From contig JBOGQX010000014.1 of NCBI GenBank assembly GCA_050749285.1, positions 126,397 through 158,396 on the forward strand: DNA of 32,000 bases. Direction: 5' to 3'. The translations under genes and the position numbers were made by a program. Below are positions 15,284-24,869 of this stretch, piece by piece. The stretch comes from Nitrosotalea sp. (GTDB taxonomy: Archaea > Thermoproteota > Nitrososphaeria > Nitrososphaerales > Nitrosopumilaceae). The number at the start of each line of letters is the position of its first letter. Within the stretch, counting starts at the first letter, position 1. The notes under the pieces are model-generated. The model saw nothing but the letters and a program-made list of their open reading frames with translations, searched no databases and was not told the DNA's origin.

Positions 15284-16039
15284 ATGACGTTGGTCTTCCA
15301 AAAAGGTACATTAATTCTGGTGGATTACACAGCAAAAGTAAAAGACACAAACGAAGTCTTTGAAACTACTAGAGAAGCTGATGCAAAAACAAACTCCATC
15401 TTTGATGCAAATGTAAAGTATCAACCAAGACTGATATCAGTGGGAGAGTCTTGGGTGCTCAAAGGATTAGATGATGCACTTTTAAATGCAAATACAAGTG
15501 ATAAACTTTCAGTTGAGGTACCACCCGAGAAGGGATTTGGAGCAAGAGATACAAGCAAAGTTAGAATGATTCCTCTGCGAAAATTAGGTGATGATGCAGA
15601 GAAAGTTTCTGTTGGCGATACAATCGAGCTTGATGACCGAACTGGAATTATCAGATTCATTGGTTCTGGACGAGTCCAAGTTGATTTCAATCACAGATTT
15701 GCAGGAAGAACAATCCTTTATGATGTAAATGTCATCAAATCGCTTGACACCGACCAAGATAAAATCATGGGTCTTCTCAAGAGAAGATTCCCACTAGATG
15801 AATCAAAACTGAAATTCGAGATAAAAGAAACACAACTTGATGTTACTATCCCAGAAGAGGCCATTATGATGGAAGGACTTCAGGTAGTAAAGCGGGCAAT
15901 AGCAAATGAGATCTTAAAATTCGTGACAAAACTCGACAAAATCAACTTTATAGAGACCTATAATAGGGCAAAGCCACAAGAAAAACCAGCAGAGCAAAAA
16001 GCAGCTGAGGCAAAACCTGTACAGCCAAAAGCTGCTTAA
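15284..16039 (+). CDS. FKBP-type peptidyl-prolyl cis-trans isomerase, long archaeal form with insert-in-flap and a C-terminal helical domain
   Basis: LVDYTAKVKDTNEVFETT, then SVGESWVLKGLDDAL, then VDFNHRFAGRTILYDVNV, which is the typical archaeal FKBP/SlyD-like order. It ends in an acidic/Lys-Ala-rich tail. Confidence 0.8.
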   Translation: MTLVFQKGTLILVDYTAKVKDTNEVFETTREADAKTNSIFDANVKYQPRLISVGESWVLKGLDDALLNANTSDKLSVEVPPEKGFGARDTSKVRMIPLRKLGDDAEKVSVGDTIELDDRTGIIRFIGSGRVQVDFNHRFAGRTILYDVNVIKSLDTDQDKIMGLLKRRFPLDESKLKFEIKETQLDVTIPEEAIMMEGLQVVKRAIANEILKFVTKLDKINFIETYNRAKPQEKPAEQKAAEAKPVQPKAA

Positions 16040-16040
16040 A

Positions 16041-17081
16041 CTATAAGATGCCAGTACTTTTTGCCAGAGCAATCGCTTTTTCTTCAGTCATTTTTACTTG
16101 GCTTAAAATTGTATATCTTTCTGGCCTCAAAGATTGAGCCATAGTTAATGCCTTTGCAAGAATTCTTGGTTCAAGACCAATCTCTTTTGCAGTTGTGGGC
16201 GCACCAACATTTTTCAGCATCCTGATTATCTTTTTCCAGTCTTGACCCTGAAGTTTTGCAATCAAAATTGCTCCTATGCCACATTTTTCACCATGTAAAC
16301 CAACTCCTGGCTCAAGATAGTCAACTGCATGAGAGAATAGGTGCTCTGCACCAGAACATGGTCTGCTACTTCCAGCAATACATGCTGCAACACCCGAGCT
16401 TATCAGAGCTTCTACTATCATTCTAACGTCAGGTTTCTTCTTAAAATTCTTTGAATTATCAATTACAATCTTGGCGCTCATAGAAGCCAAGTTTGCAGCA
16501 TAAGTTCCAAAGTATTCTCCCACCTTATCTCTTGCAAGCTCCCAATCTCTTACAGCTGTTACTTTTGCCATTAAATCACCGCATCCACTGGCAAGGAGTC
16601 TTCTTGGAGCTTTTTTCAAAATTTCAATGTCTACAAAAACCCCAAGTGGAGCTGTAGCTATAATCGAGTATGGTTTATCACCACGCAAGGAAACAAATGG
16701 ACTTGCAATTCCATCATGTGATGCAGAAGTTGGAATGCTGACAAATGGTATCTTCAAAGTAAAGGCAATCATTTTTGCAATATCTACAGAACGGCCGCCA
16801 CCAATCCCAATTATCAAATCACTCTTGTCTTTTTTTATTTCCTCGAGTATTCTTTTTGCAGACTCGATATCGTTACTTGTACTAAGATGCCAGACATTTT
16901 TTATCTTAGAGTCAATTAGTGACTTGACTACCTTGTTGTAAGTAATCTTTCTTACCTGTTCTCCTGAAACAAGAGAAACCTTTCTTGGTTTGCAAAGGCC
17001 TGTCAGGAAACTCCCTATATTACTAATGTTTTTCTCACCAACGACTATCTGTCTTGGGAGCTCCATAACATGAGAAGGCAT
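16041..17081 (-). CDS. egsA: sn-Glycerol-1-phosphate dehydrogenase (archaeal lipid backbone synthesis)
   Basis: 346 aa of the iron-ADH/DHQS-like fold. It has GIGGGRSVDIAK, SIPTSASHDGIASPF and HLFSH...GLHGEKCG metal-ligand blocks, and the N-terminus ELPRQIVVGEKNI is typical of EgsA. Confidence 0.85.
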   Translation of the reverse strand: MPSHVMELPRQIVVGEKNISNIGSFLTGLCKPRKVSLVSGEQVRKITYNKVVKSLIDSKIKNVWHLSTSNDIESAKRILEEIKKDKSDLIIGIGGGRSVDIAKMIAFTLKIPFVSIPTSASHDGIASPFVSLRGDKPYSIIATAPLGVFVDIEILKKAPRRLLASGCGDLMAKVTAVRDWELARDKVGEYFGTYAANLASMSAKIVIDNSKNFKKKPDVRMIVEALISSGVAACIAGSSRPCSGAEHLFSHAVDYLEPGVGLHGEKCGIGAILIAKLQGQDWKKIIRMLKNVGAPTTAKEIGLEPRILAKALTMAQSLRPERYTILSQVKMTEEKAIALAKSTGIL

Positions 17082-17187
17082 GAATTTTTCTTCAAACCTA
17101 GTTATTTATCGATATCCTATGACAATACAAAGTTATTTAAACCGGTGAAATCCTAATCGAAGGTATCTCTAGTTAGGAGAATGTTAT

Positions 17188-17820
17188 TTGTCAGACTATA
17201 TTGAACAACACACACTACATGGAACAACTACCGTCGGAATCGCATGTGCCGATGGGGTAGTCTTGTGCGCGGACATGAGAGCAAGCGCTGGCTATTTCAT
17301 AGCAAATAACAATACAATGAAAATTCAAAAGATAGATAATCATGCGGGTATGACGATGGCTGGTGGTGTTGCAGATGCACAGAACATCACTGACATTCTA
17401 CGATATCACTCCAACATTCATAGAATAGAAAAACAAGAGTATCTACCAATCAAATCAATTGCAAGACTTACCTCGCTTATCTTCTTCCAAAATAGATACT
17501 ATGGATTTATTGCAGATATTCTTGTAGGAGGATATGACAATAAAGGTCCATCTTTGTACAACATTGATCCTTTTGGATCTCTTGACAAGAAAAAGTTTGT
17601 AACCACAGGAAGCGGTTCACCCGTTGCCTATGGCCTGTTGGAAAGTGAATATCGTGACAATCTTACAGTCGATGAAGCTAAAGTAGTCGCGTTAAGAGCT
17701 GTCAAAGGTGCAATAACAAGAAACATTGGAACAGGAGACGGAATAAATGTCGCAATAATCGACAAACAGGGATTCCGACTCTTAACAAAAGAACAGAAGA
17801 AAGCTATCATTACGCTATAG
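17188..17820 (+). CDS. psmB: Proteasome subunit beta
   Basis: A short propeptide is followed by the active-site HG/TTTVGIA, with GSGS near the C-terminus. Only a TTG start at 17188 preserves the propeptide. Confidence 0.9.
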   Translation: MSDYIEQHTLHGTTTVGIACADGVVLCADMRASAGYFIANNNTMKIQKIDNHAGMTMAGGVADAQNITDILRYHSNIHRIEKQEYLPIKSIARLTSLIFFQNRYYGFIADILVGGYDNKGPSLYNIDPFGSLDKKKFVTTGSGSPVAYGLLESEYRDNLTVDEAKVVALRAVKGAITRNIGTGDGINVAIIDKQGFRLLTKEQKKAIITL

Positions 17821-17827
17821 TGATTTA

Positions 17828-19759
17828 ATGCAAAGAAATAAGCAACAACGTGAAGTGTCTCCACTACCCAATATCATGGGAACCATACTTCAAAGTATAC
17901 CAAAAGAGGCTGAGGTAACTAAGATAGAATATGAAGGTCCGAGAATTGCGATATACACAAAAAACCCTCGCTTTCTTATGGACCACAACGATGTAATCTC
18001 AAACATGGTTAACGTCATAAAAAAGAGAATTGTTGTCAGAACTGAGGAATCCATTAGGAAAAACGAGGAAGAAGCAAGACAGATACTGACTCAAATGCTT
18101 CCAAAAGATACTGATTTGCGTGGCACTTTCTTTGATACTGCAACTGGTGAGCTGACAGTAGAAGTGAAGCGACCTTGGCTGCTAAATAACAATGAAGCAT
18201 TCAACATTGCAGATCTTGTTGCAAAGACAGGTTGGCGTGTTCGAATAAGAAAATCAACTACCATTCAATCCCAGACTATTCAAACTATAAACTACAACCT
18301 CAAGATATCATCTGTTGAAAGAAGCAAGCATTTGCGACAAGTCGGAGAACAGATCTTCAGACCAAAACTTTCTGAAGACGCTGAAGTCTCTCTGATTACA
18401 CTTGGCGGATTCAGCCAAGTTGGTAGGTCTTGCATGTTACTTACAACACATGAAAGCAAAGTTCTAGTAGATTGTGGCATAAATCCTGGTACCAGAAGTC
18501 CATTGGAGGCATATCCGCGACTTGACTGGGCAAACATCACTCTTGATGAACTAGATGCGGTAGTTATCAGTCATGCTCACCTGGATCATACCGGGTTCCT
18601 ACCAGTCCTTTTCAAATATGGTTACAAGGGACCTGTTTATTGCACTGAACCTACCTTACCCATGATGAATTTAATCCAGCTTGATGCAATCAAGGTAGCA
18701 GCTGCTCAAGGTAAGATTCCAATATACTCTGAAAGAGATGTGAAACAGGTCATGAAACAGACTATTTCTCTTCCATATGGCACTGTTACAGATATTTCGC
18801 CTGACATTAAACTCGTTTTCTCTAATGCCGGCCATATCTTGGGTTCAGCATCATGTCACTTTCATATTGGAAATGGAAATCACAACTTTGTCTATACCGG
18901 AGATCTAAAGTATGGTAAATCTATGCTCTTTGAGAGCGCATCATGGAACTTTCCAAGAGTTGAGACACTTCTAATTGAGAGCACTTATGGTGCAAAAGAG
19001 GATATACAGCCTACAAGGGAAGAGGTAGAATCTGCATTTATCAAATCAGTAAATGAAACCCTACGAAATGGTGGCAAGGTCTTGATCCCAATTCCTGCCG
19101 TTGGTCGTGCGCAAGAACTGATGATGGTAATCAACCAATACATGAAAATAGGTCATCTCATGGAAGCTCCAGTCTTTACAGAAGGAATGATTTCAGAAGC
19201 GACTGCAATTCATGAATCTTATCCTGAATATCTTGCACGTGAGCTCAGACAAAAAATTCTGGAAACAGAAGAAAATCCATTTGACTCTGAATACTTTACA
19301 AACATAGAACACTCTGACGCACGAGAAGAGCCATTACGAGAGGGGCCTTGTATCATCATGGCAACTTCTGGTATGCTTGAAGGCGGTCCAGTGCTTGAGT
19401 ACTTTAAGAACATTGCACCAATACAGAAGAACAAAATTTTGTTCGTTTCATATCAGGTAAATGGAACAATGGGAAGAAGAGTGCTTGACGGCTCAAGGCA
19501 GGTGTCAGTTGTAGGAAAAGAAGGAAAGATAGAAGTAATAAACATAAATTGTTCTACTGAAAAACTTGATGGATTTAGCGGTCATAGTGACTATAACCAA
19601 CTAATGTCATATGTACACAAATTAAGACCGAAACTTCGCAGGGTGATCGTAAATCACGGCGAAAGAAGAAAGTGTGAGAATCTTGCCAGCTCAATTCATA
19701 GGATGTTTAGAATTGCAACAACCTGCCCACAAGTTCAAGAAGGCCTAAGATTACTTTAG
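17828..19759 (+). CDS. aCPSF1-type beta-CASP ribonuclease (N-terminal KH domains, metallo-beta-lactamase, beta-CASP)
   Basis: 643 aa. The HAHLDHTG motif, the later GDLKY and ESTYG blocks, and the C-terminal FSGHSD and NHGE motifs are all present. The N-terminal ~180 aa is KH-like. Confidence 0.9.
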   Translation: MQRNKQQREVSPLPNIMGTILQSIPKEAEVTKIEYEGPRIAIYTKNPRFLMDHNDVISNMVNVIKKRIVVRTEESIRKNEEEARQILTQMLPKDTDLRGTFFDTATGELTVEVKRPWLLNNNEAFNIADLVAKTGWRVRIRKSTTIQSQTIQTINYNLKISSVERSKHLRQVGEQIFRPKLSEDAEVSLITLGGFSQVGRSCMLLTTHESKVLVDCGINPGTRSPLEAYPRLDWANITLDELDAVVISHAHLDHTGFLPVLFKYGYKGPVYCTEPTLPMMNLIQLDAIKVAAAQGKIPIYSERDVKQVMKQTISLPYGTVTDISPDIKLVFSNAGHILGSASCHFHIGNGNHNFVYTGDLKYGKSMLFESASWNFPRVETLLIESTYGAKEDIQPTREEVESAFIKSVNETLRNGGKVLIPIPAVGRAQELMMVINQYMKIGHLMEAPVFTEGMISEATAIHESYPEYLARELRQKILETEENPFDSEYFTNIEHSDAREEPLREGPCIIMATSGMLEGGPVLEYFKNIAPIQKNKILFVSYQVNGTMGRRVLDGSRQVSVVGKEGKIEVININCSTEKLDGFSGHSDYNQLMSYVHKLRPKLRRVIVNHGERRKCENLASSIHRMFRIATTCPQVQEGLRLL

Positions 19760-20050
19760 ATCGTACTCTGCTCTCCAGATCTTTACCCCTGGAGGAGTCA
19801 CAATAATTCTTTCTTCTCCTAATCTTGCAATGTCGGCATCATTATTTTTTGCAATATTGTAGATTTCTTCCACAGCTTTTCTCAACTCCTCTACATTTTT
19901 TTGTGCAAGAGGAGTAACGCGAAGAACTAGAATCATTCCTTTTTTGATGTCTTCCTTAACAGTATGGACATCGCTGTAATCCCTTATCGTAATGGCCTTC
20001 AGATATGTCGGTGCCTTCTGCGTTTGCATCCTATTTGGTATGCCACTCAC
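19751..20050 (-). CDS. sepF: SepF-like (DUF552) small protein
   Basis: 99 aa. IRDYSDVHTVKEDIKKGMILVLRVTPLAQKNVEELRKAVEEIYNIAKNNDADIARLGEERIIVTPPGVKI matches the archaeal SepF core pattern. Its 3' end overlaps the aCPSF1 3' end by 9 nt (convergent). Confidence 0.55.
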   Translation of the reverse strand: MSGIPNRMQTQKAPTYLKAITIRDYSDVHTVKEDIKKGMILVLRVTPLAQKNVEELRKAVEEIYNIAKNNDADIARLGEERIIVTPPGVKIWRAEYDLK

Positions 20051-20102
20051 TCCCTCAAAAAGCCTTTCTAGTCAATTGCAATTCACAGTCTAGCTTGTCT
20101 GA

Positions 20103-21107
20103 CTAAATTCTGTATCTGAGGTAATCTGGCTCACCAATTGTACTAGTGACAACCTCTGATACTGTGTCATCTTTCTGTATTTTCATGGTACCGGGCACAT
20201 CTTTTGGTGCATCCGAATATCGCAAAGTAATAGCTGCAGCTAATTTTAAATTATTTTCAGAATCGTCTCCGCGTATTAATGAAATTGGTCCGACATGTTC
20301 CTTTGTTTCAAGTAATATATCTCCGGGAAGAGCAAGAGCTTTTAGCATCTCGTTTTCGTCATTGTTTCTTCCAACAACGAGTTTTGTTACATTATCAAAT
20401 CTGAAATGTCTTCCAATTTTTAAAAGATCAATGTCATTTGTTGTAGGAGTCTCAGTATGTCCAAAAAGATCTTTGGCTCTAATTGCAAATTTTGGATCTG
20501 TAAGAAGACATCCACCTCCAGCATTTGGAGGATTCTCAATCCCGAATTCCTTTGCCAGTTTCATCTGTTCTTTTCTTGATCGTCCACGAATCATTCCAAG
20601 GTCTTCTCTTTTTATCAATCCATTCTTTTCTGGTTCTGTTGGCGGAAGAAGAGCACCGGAGAGTGGTCTTACTATTTTTCCCTCAAGTCCAGATTCTTTT
20701 TCAATTGTTCGTAAAGCCGGACCATGTTGTGACATTGGTCTCTGACCCAGAACCTCACCTGAAATTATAAACTCTGCCCCGATATCTTCCATGACTTTTT
20801 TTCCAGCTTGGAACATCATTGCTCTGCAGTCAATACAAGGATTCATCCCGGAACCAAAGCCGTGCTTTGGGTGCTTTAGCATCTCGATGTACTCATCACC
20901 GAGATAAACAGTCTTCAAGTCTACACCCAGATTGTCTGCAGTCTCCCGTATCTCAAAACCGCAGCCTCTTCCACAATCAAAATCGCAAAACGGGGTCTTA
21001 ATTGCAACAGCAGTTACCTCAAACCCTTTGCTTTGCATCATTTTTACAGATAATCTGCTGTCTAGTCCTCCTGATAACAATGCTACAACTTTCTTTTTTT
21101 CTTCCAC
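20103..21107 (-). CDS. PP-loop ATP pyrophosphatase, ThiI/tRNA-thiolation-like, without a THUMP domain
   Basis: PP-loop is VVALLSGGLDSRLS. The Cys motifs are CDFDCGRGC and PCIDCR, and GEVLGQRPMSQ resembles the ThiI GE.LGQ..SQ block. Confidence 0.7.
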   Translation of the reverse strand: MEEKKKVVALLSGGLDSRLSVKMMQSKGFEVTAVAIKTPFCDFDCGRGCGFEIRETADNLGVDLKTVYLGDEYIEMLKHPKHGFGSGMNPCIDCRAMMFQAGKKVMEDIGAEFIISGEVLGQRPMSQHGPALRTIEKESGLEGKIVRPLSGALLPPTEPEKNGLIKREDLGMIRGRSRKEQMKLAKEFGIENPPNAGGGCLLTDPKFAIRAKDLFGHTETPTTNDIDLLKIGRHFRFDNVTKLVVGRNNDENEMLKALALPGDILLETKEHVGPISLIRGDDSENNLKLAAAITLRYSDAPKDVPGTMKIQKDDTVSEVVTSTIGEPDYLRYRI

Positions 21108-21162
21108 AAGACAAAAACTCTATCTCCAATATCTAAACCTTCCAGCAAACATAAATGCAGAC

Positions 21163-22242
21163 ATGCCAAAATCTGAAATAATGCAAAAGCGCAGAAAAAA
21201 TCTCTTAAAATTTTGCAACAAGCTAGAATGTGATACTCTTGTCACTTTTGAACCTGAGAACCTCTTTTACATGACCGGTTTTTGGGGTGAAGCAATAGGA
21301 GTCTTGGATAAAAATGGCGTAACTATCATCGCCCCAGAACTTGAGGCAGGCCGTGCTAAAGAAGAATCCATTGAATGCAAAATTGTAAAATCAGAACGTG
21401 GTAAGGGTTCCATTTTTAATCTAATTAATGTGATAAAAGGCAGAAAGATCTGCATTGATACTAACAGCTATGACGTGATTCAATCACTCAAGAAGAGCCT
21501 GCCACGAGTTAGATCATCAACAGAACCATTTTACCAAGCTCGCCAAGTAAAAGATCAAGACGAGATTATTCTTCTAAGAAAATGTTCCTCGATTCTTGAT
21601 GAAATGTATGAACTCTGCGTCGATGAAATAAAGATAGGCATGTCCGAGATGGAACTTCAAACAATTCTAATGTCTTATGCAATGGAAAGAGGAGCATTTG
21701 CAACGGGTTACAAATCTACACTAAACCCTTTGATCATAGCAGGGGGGCCTAATAGTGCTCTTCCTCACGCACAGGTAACAGAACGCAAATTCCAAGACGG
21801 CGATATGATAGTAGTTGACCTTACATTGCGTCATAAGGGATATGTCTCTGATGCTACAAGGACTTTTGGTCTTGGTTCAATTTCATCTGAGGCAAGAAAA
21901 GTGTATGAAATAGTTAAGGAATCACAAAAAGCAGGACTTCGAGCTGTAAAACCAAATGTTTCTTGCAAATCAGTCGATGATGCTTGTAGAAATCTTATTG
22001 CAAGAAAAGGATATAGCAAGTACTTTATCCATTCAACAGGACATGGCATTGGTCTTGAAGTTCATGAGCTTCCAAATCTTGGCCCATCAAGTAAGGCAAT
22101 TTTATCTAAAAATATGGTGATAACAGTGGAACCTGGAATTTATCTTCCAAAAAAGTTTGGAGTAAGAATTGAAGATTCTGTAATAGTTGGTAATAAAATT
22201 GATGTTATGCACAAATTTTCAAAAGATTTGATTGTGATTTGA
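21163..22242 (+). CDS. Xaa-Pro aminopeptidase/dipeptidase (M24B family)
   Basis: The pita-bread metal-ligand blocks are VVDLT...YVSDATRT, HSTGHGIGLEVHE, VEPGIY and RIEDSV. The track ORF begins at 20932, but its first 77 codons are antisense to the PP-loop gene. Met at 21163 (MPKSEIMQKR) is the plausible start. Confidence 0.85.
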   Translation: MPKSEIMQKRRKNLLKFCNKLECDTLVTFEPENLFYMTGFWGEAIGVLDKNGVTIIAPELEAGRAKEESIECKIVKSERGKGSIFNLINVIKGRKICIDTNSYDVIQSLKKSLPRVRSSTEPFYQARQVKDQDEIILLRKCSSILDEMYELCVDEIKIGMSEMELQTILMSYAMERGAFATGYKSTLNPLIIAGGPNSALPHAQVTERKFQDGDMIVVDLTLRHKGYVSDATRTFGLGSISSEARKVYEIVKESQKAGLRAVKPNVSCKSVDDACRNLIARKGYSKYFIHSTGHGIGLEVHELPNLGPSSKAILSKNMVITVEPGIYLPKKFGVRIEDSVIVGNKIDVMHKFSKDLIVI

Positions 22243-22500
22243 AAATTACAGTTTAGAATTTATTAGATTATAATGTATTGTTATCTCTACCTGTAATGAT
22301 ATACTGTCTACTCTTAAAGATCTTAAAAGATTCTAGGTAAATCTTACTTTTGTATAAAAAAGTAAATCTCTTTAACTGACGATTTTTGACAGGTTAAAGA
22401 ACCGACGTCAGCTTTACAGAACAATAATTTCAACCTTGTAATAAAATCAAAAAATCAGCCTATATAGTAACCAGATTTTTCAATCTATCCCTGATTTTAT

Positions 22501-22713
22501 TCATAATTTCCTACAGAATTCTAAACAACCCATCGTTCTTAATGCATAATATTGCTTGGAGGTCATCCACTCTTTAAATTCAGTAGAGTCTCTGAATTTG
22601 AAATGAACAAGAATTTTCTTCCTATTTGATGATTTTACCATGCTTTTGAGAAATTCTTCTGCAACTACTCCCTTGGTTGAATTTACATCGGCGGAAACTT
22701 CTTCTACGGTCAA
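22501..22713 (-). CDS. Hypothetical 70-aa protein
   Basis: This rests on the ORF track only. It has a TTG start and no recognisable motif. Confidence 0.25.
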   Translation of the reverse strand: MTVEEVSADVNSTKGVVAEEFLKSMVKSSNRKKILVHFKFRDSTEFKEWMTSKQYYALRTMGCLEFCRKL

Positions 22714-22807
22714 ACAGTGACATCTACTTTTAGAAATTATTTGTGCTGCAGTATGTCACATCTTATTGAGACAGATATGTCAAAGGTATATATTAAAATG
22801 AATAATT

Positions 22808-24043
22808 TTAGAAAAATTTCACAATTCTCCGCTCTATTTCATAGCGAATGATTCTTGCTATTTCCTCTTTGTTTTTCCATCCTGAGACTAATTCTTTTTG
22901 TAAATCAACTAAGATCACATTGTTTTGATTAGGATTCTTTTGATACTTTGAACCTATGTCATTTGCAATTATTAGATCAGCATGTGTTTCTTTTAACTTA
23001 TTACGAGCTATAGTGATCAATTTTTGTTTTGGCACGTTGGTTTCTGCCTTGAACCCAACTAAAAACACATCCCTCTGAATTTTCTTAATTTCGTTGATAA
23101 TTTTGGGGACTTTTTTTAATTTTAAAACAATTTTATCGACATCACTTTTGATCTTTGTCTTGCCTGGCGTTTCTATGGTATAATCAGATACTGCAGCAGC
23201 TAAAATAACAATATCGAATCTTTGTTTCATCTCCTTTCTAATAGCTTCTGACATCTCCTTACTAGTTTGAACTCTTACAATTTTGGAACCTTTAGGAGGA
23301 ATCTCTGTTCCAGGTCCATAGATGAATATCACCTTTGCACCAGCTGAAATGAATTCATTTGCAAGTAAAACACCAGTTTTACCAGAACTTTGATTGGTTA
23401 TAATACGGACAGGATCAATGTACTCAATAGTGGGACCGGCTGTTATGAGTATCCTCTTACCCCTTAAAACTGATGATGTTCCAAATTTTTCGAGCACAAA
23501 ATCAAGCACCATCTCAGGTTCAGCAGCCTTTGCTTTTCCCTCAATAAATCGAGGAGCTATGAAATCTACCTTGTTCTTTAGAAAATTGATATTCTTACTT
23601 ATTGCCGGATTCTCGTACATGGCTTGATGCATTGCAAGGGAAACTACAATAGGAATCTTTGAACCAAATCCCACACTCAACACAGTCGAGATTGGAGTAT
23701 CATCTATACCATTTGCTAACTTTCCAAGAGTATTTGCTGTACAGGGGTATACTACAATCAAATCGGATCTTTTGTAGTCAGCTACTTTGATATGTTCAAG
23801 ATTGCCAGTTAACTTGGTAATTACTTCGTTTCCTGTGGCCCATTTGAAGTAGCTTGGTTTTATCAAATCAGTTGCAGCTTTACTTGCAACACAGGTAACA
23901 TTGGCACCATGTCGCATAAACAATCTTGCAAGTTCAATTGATTTGTATGCTGCAACACTTCCTGTAATACATAATACAATTTTTTTTCCTGCAAGCTCTG
24001 TACCATCAGAGCTAACAATGTCAAATGATGGATGTTCACGCAA
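22808..24043 (-). CDS. coaBC: Bifunctional phosphopantothenoylcysteine decarboxylase / phosphopantothenate-cysteine ligase
   Basis: 411 aa. The N-terminal flavoprotein domain has KIVLCITGSVAAYKS and PCTANTLGKLANG. The C-terminal CoaB domain has ITAGPTIEYIDPVRIITNQSSGKTG and AAAVSDY. Confidence 0.9.
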   Translation of the reverse strand: MREHPSFDIVSSDGTELAGKKIVLCITGSVAAYKSIELARLFMRHGANVTCVASKAATDLIKPSYFKWATGNEVITKLTGNLEHIKVADYKRSDLIVVYPCTANTLGKLANGIDDTPISTVLSVGFGSKIPIVVSLAMHQAMYENPAISKNINFLKNKVDFIAPRFIEGKAKAAEPEMVLDFVLEKFGTSSVLRGKRILITAGPTIEYIDPVRIITNQSSGKTGVLLANEFISAGAKVIFIYGPGTEIPPKGSKIVRVQTSKEMSEAIRKEMKQRFDIVILAAAVSDYTIETPGKTKIKSDVDKIVLKLKKVPKIINEIKKIQRDVFLVGFKAETNVPKQKLITIARNKLKETHADLIIANDIGSKYQKNPNQNNVILVDLQKELVSGWKNKEEIARIIRYEIERRIVKFF

Positions 24044-24869
24044 TTTCCTTCTTCAACCTTTCAAGTTCTGTTTTGTCCATTGAAAACGAATGTTCCTGCG
24101 ATGGAAACTTGCCAGATGTCACATCATTTTTGTAAGACTCGACAGCTCTGATAATCTCTCCTGCAAGCTCGCGGTATCGCTTGGCAAATTTTGGTTTAAT
24201 TTTTTCATATAACCCCAAAACATCATGAACTACAAGCACCTGGCCATCGCATCCAGGACCAGAGCCAATTCCTATTGTTGGAATCTTAATTGATTCGGTT
24301 AATATCTTTGAGACTTCTCTTGTTACCATTTCTAGTGCTATGCTAAAAGCACCAGCTTGTTCCAAGGCCTTTGTGTTCTCAATTAGCTTAAGAGCAGAAT
24401 CCTTTGTCTTTGCCTGAACCCTGTATCCCTCCTGCAATGTAGTGGTCTGTGGCTGAAACCCAATATGACCCATGACGGGAATTCCAATCTCTACTATTGC
24501 ATGTACTGTATCTTTTATCTCAAGGCCACCCTCCAGCTTTACAGCGTCAGCGCCTACCTTGACAAGTCTTCCAGCATTCTCTATTGCCTGCGATTTGCTT
24601 GCTTGGTACGACATGAAAGGCATGTCTGCTACTACCATGGCATTTTGTCTGCCCCTGCTTACAGCCTCTGTGAAAAAACACATCTGTTCCATGGTAACAG
24701 GAATCGTATTATCGTAACCCAACATGACCATTCCGCCGCTGTCACCAACCAATAAAATATCCACACCAGCCTTGTCGCAAAGTTGTGCAGTGGTATAATC
24801 ATATGCAGTGATAACGGTAATTTTCTTGGAACCTTTCATTGAAAGTATGTCTCTGACAGATTTAGGCAT
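24036..24869 (-). CDS. panB: 3-Methyl-2-oxobutanoate hydroxymethyltransferase (ketopantoate hydroxymethyltransferase)
   Basis: KITVITAYDYTTAQL, LLVGDSGGMV, DMPF and VKLEGG blocks are present. I prefer ATG 24869 over the TTG at 24884 in the track. It overlaps coaBC by 8 nt. Confidence 0.9.
   Translation of the reverse strand: MPKSVRDILSMKGSKKITVITAYDYTTAQLCDKAGVDILLVGDSGGMVMLGYDNTIPVTMEQMCFFTEAVSRGRQNAMVVADMPFMSYQASKSQAIENAGRLVKVGADAVKLEGGLEIKDTVHAIVEIGIPVMGHIGFQPQTTTLQEGYRVQAKTKDSALKLIENTKALEQAGAFSIALEMVTREVSKILTESIKIPTIGIGSGPGCDGQVLVVHDVLGLYEKIKPKFAKRYRELAGEIIRAVESYKNDVTSGKFPSQEHSFSMDKTELERLKKEIA

Noticed and set aside
16627-16941. 104-aa plus-strand ORF; also 24465..24755, 24472..24717, 24905..25297, 26797..27168, 28082..28444 and 28479..28772
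   Set aside because: All of these lie antisense inside confidently identified genes (egsA, panB, PPS, phoU, the Lrp regulator). They have skewed composition and are shadow ORFs.
20146-20745. 199-aa ORF on the plus strand, together with 20525..20770 and 20819..21001
   Set aside because: These ORFs are entirely antisense to the well-supported PP-loop ATPase gene. Their Ser/Pro/Phe-rich low-complexity composition is typical of shadow ORFs.
20932-21162. 77-codon N-terminal extension of the M24 peptidase ORF
   Set aside because: The extension overlaps the 5' part of the opposite-strand PP-loop gene and has no peptidase-like sequence. The internal Met at 21163 gives a normal M24B N-terminus.
22370-22411. 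CTGACG-containing inverted repeats (CTTTAAC...GTTAAAG and CTGACG...CGTCAG), considered as another copy of the periodic element
   Set aside because: The 21-22-bp phasing, leader blocks and terminal block are all absent. The position between two convergent genes, with T-runs, fits an ordinary terminator region.
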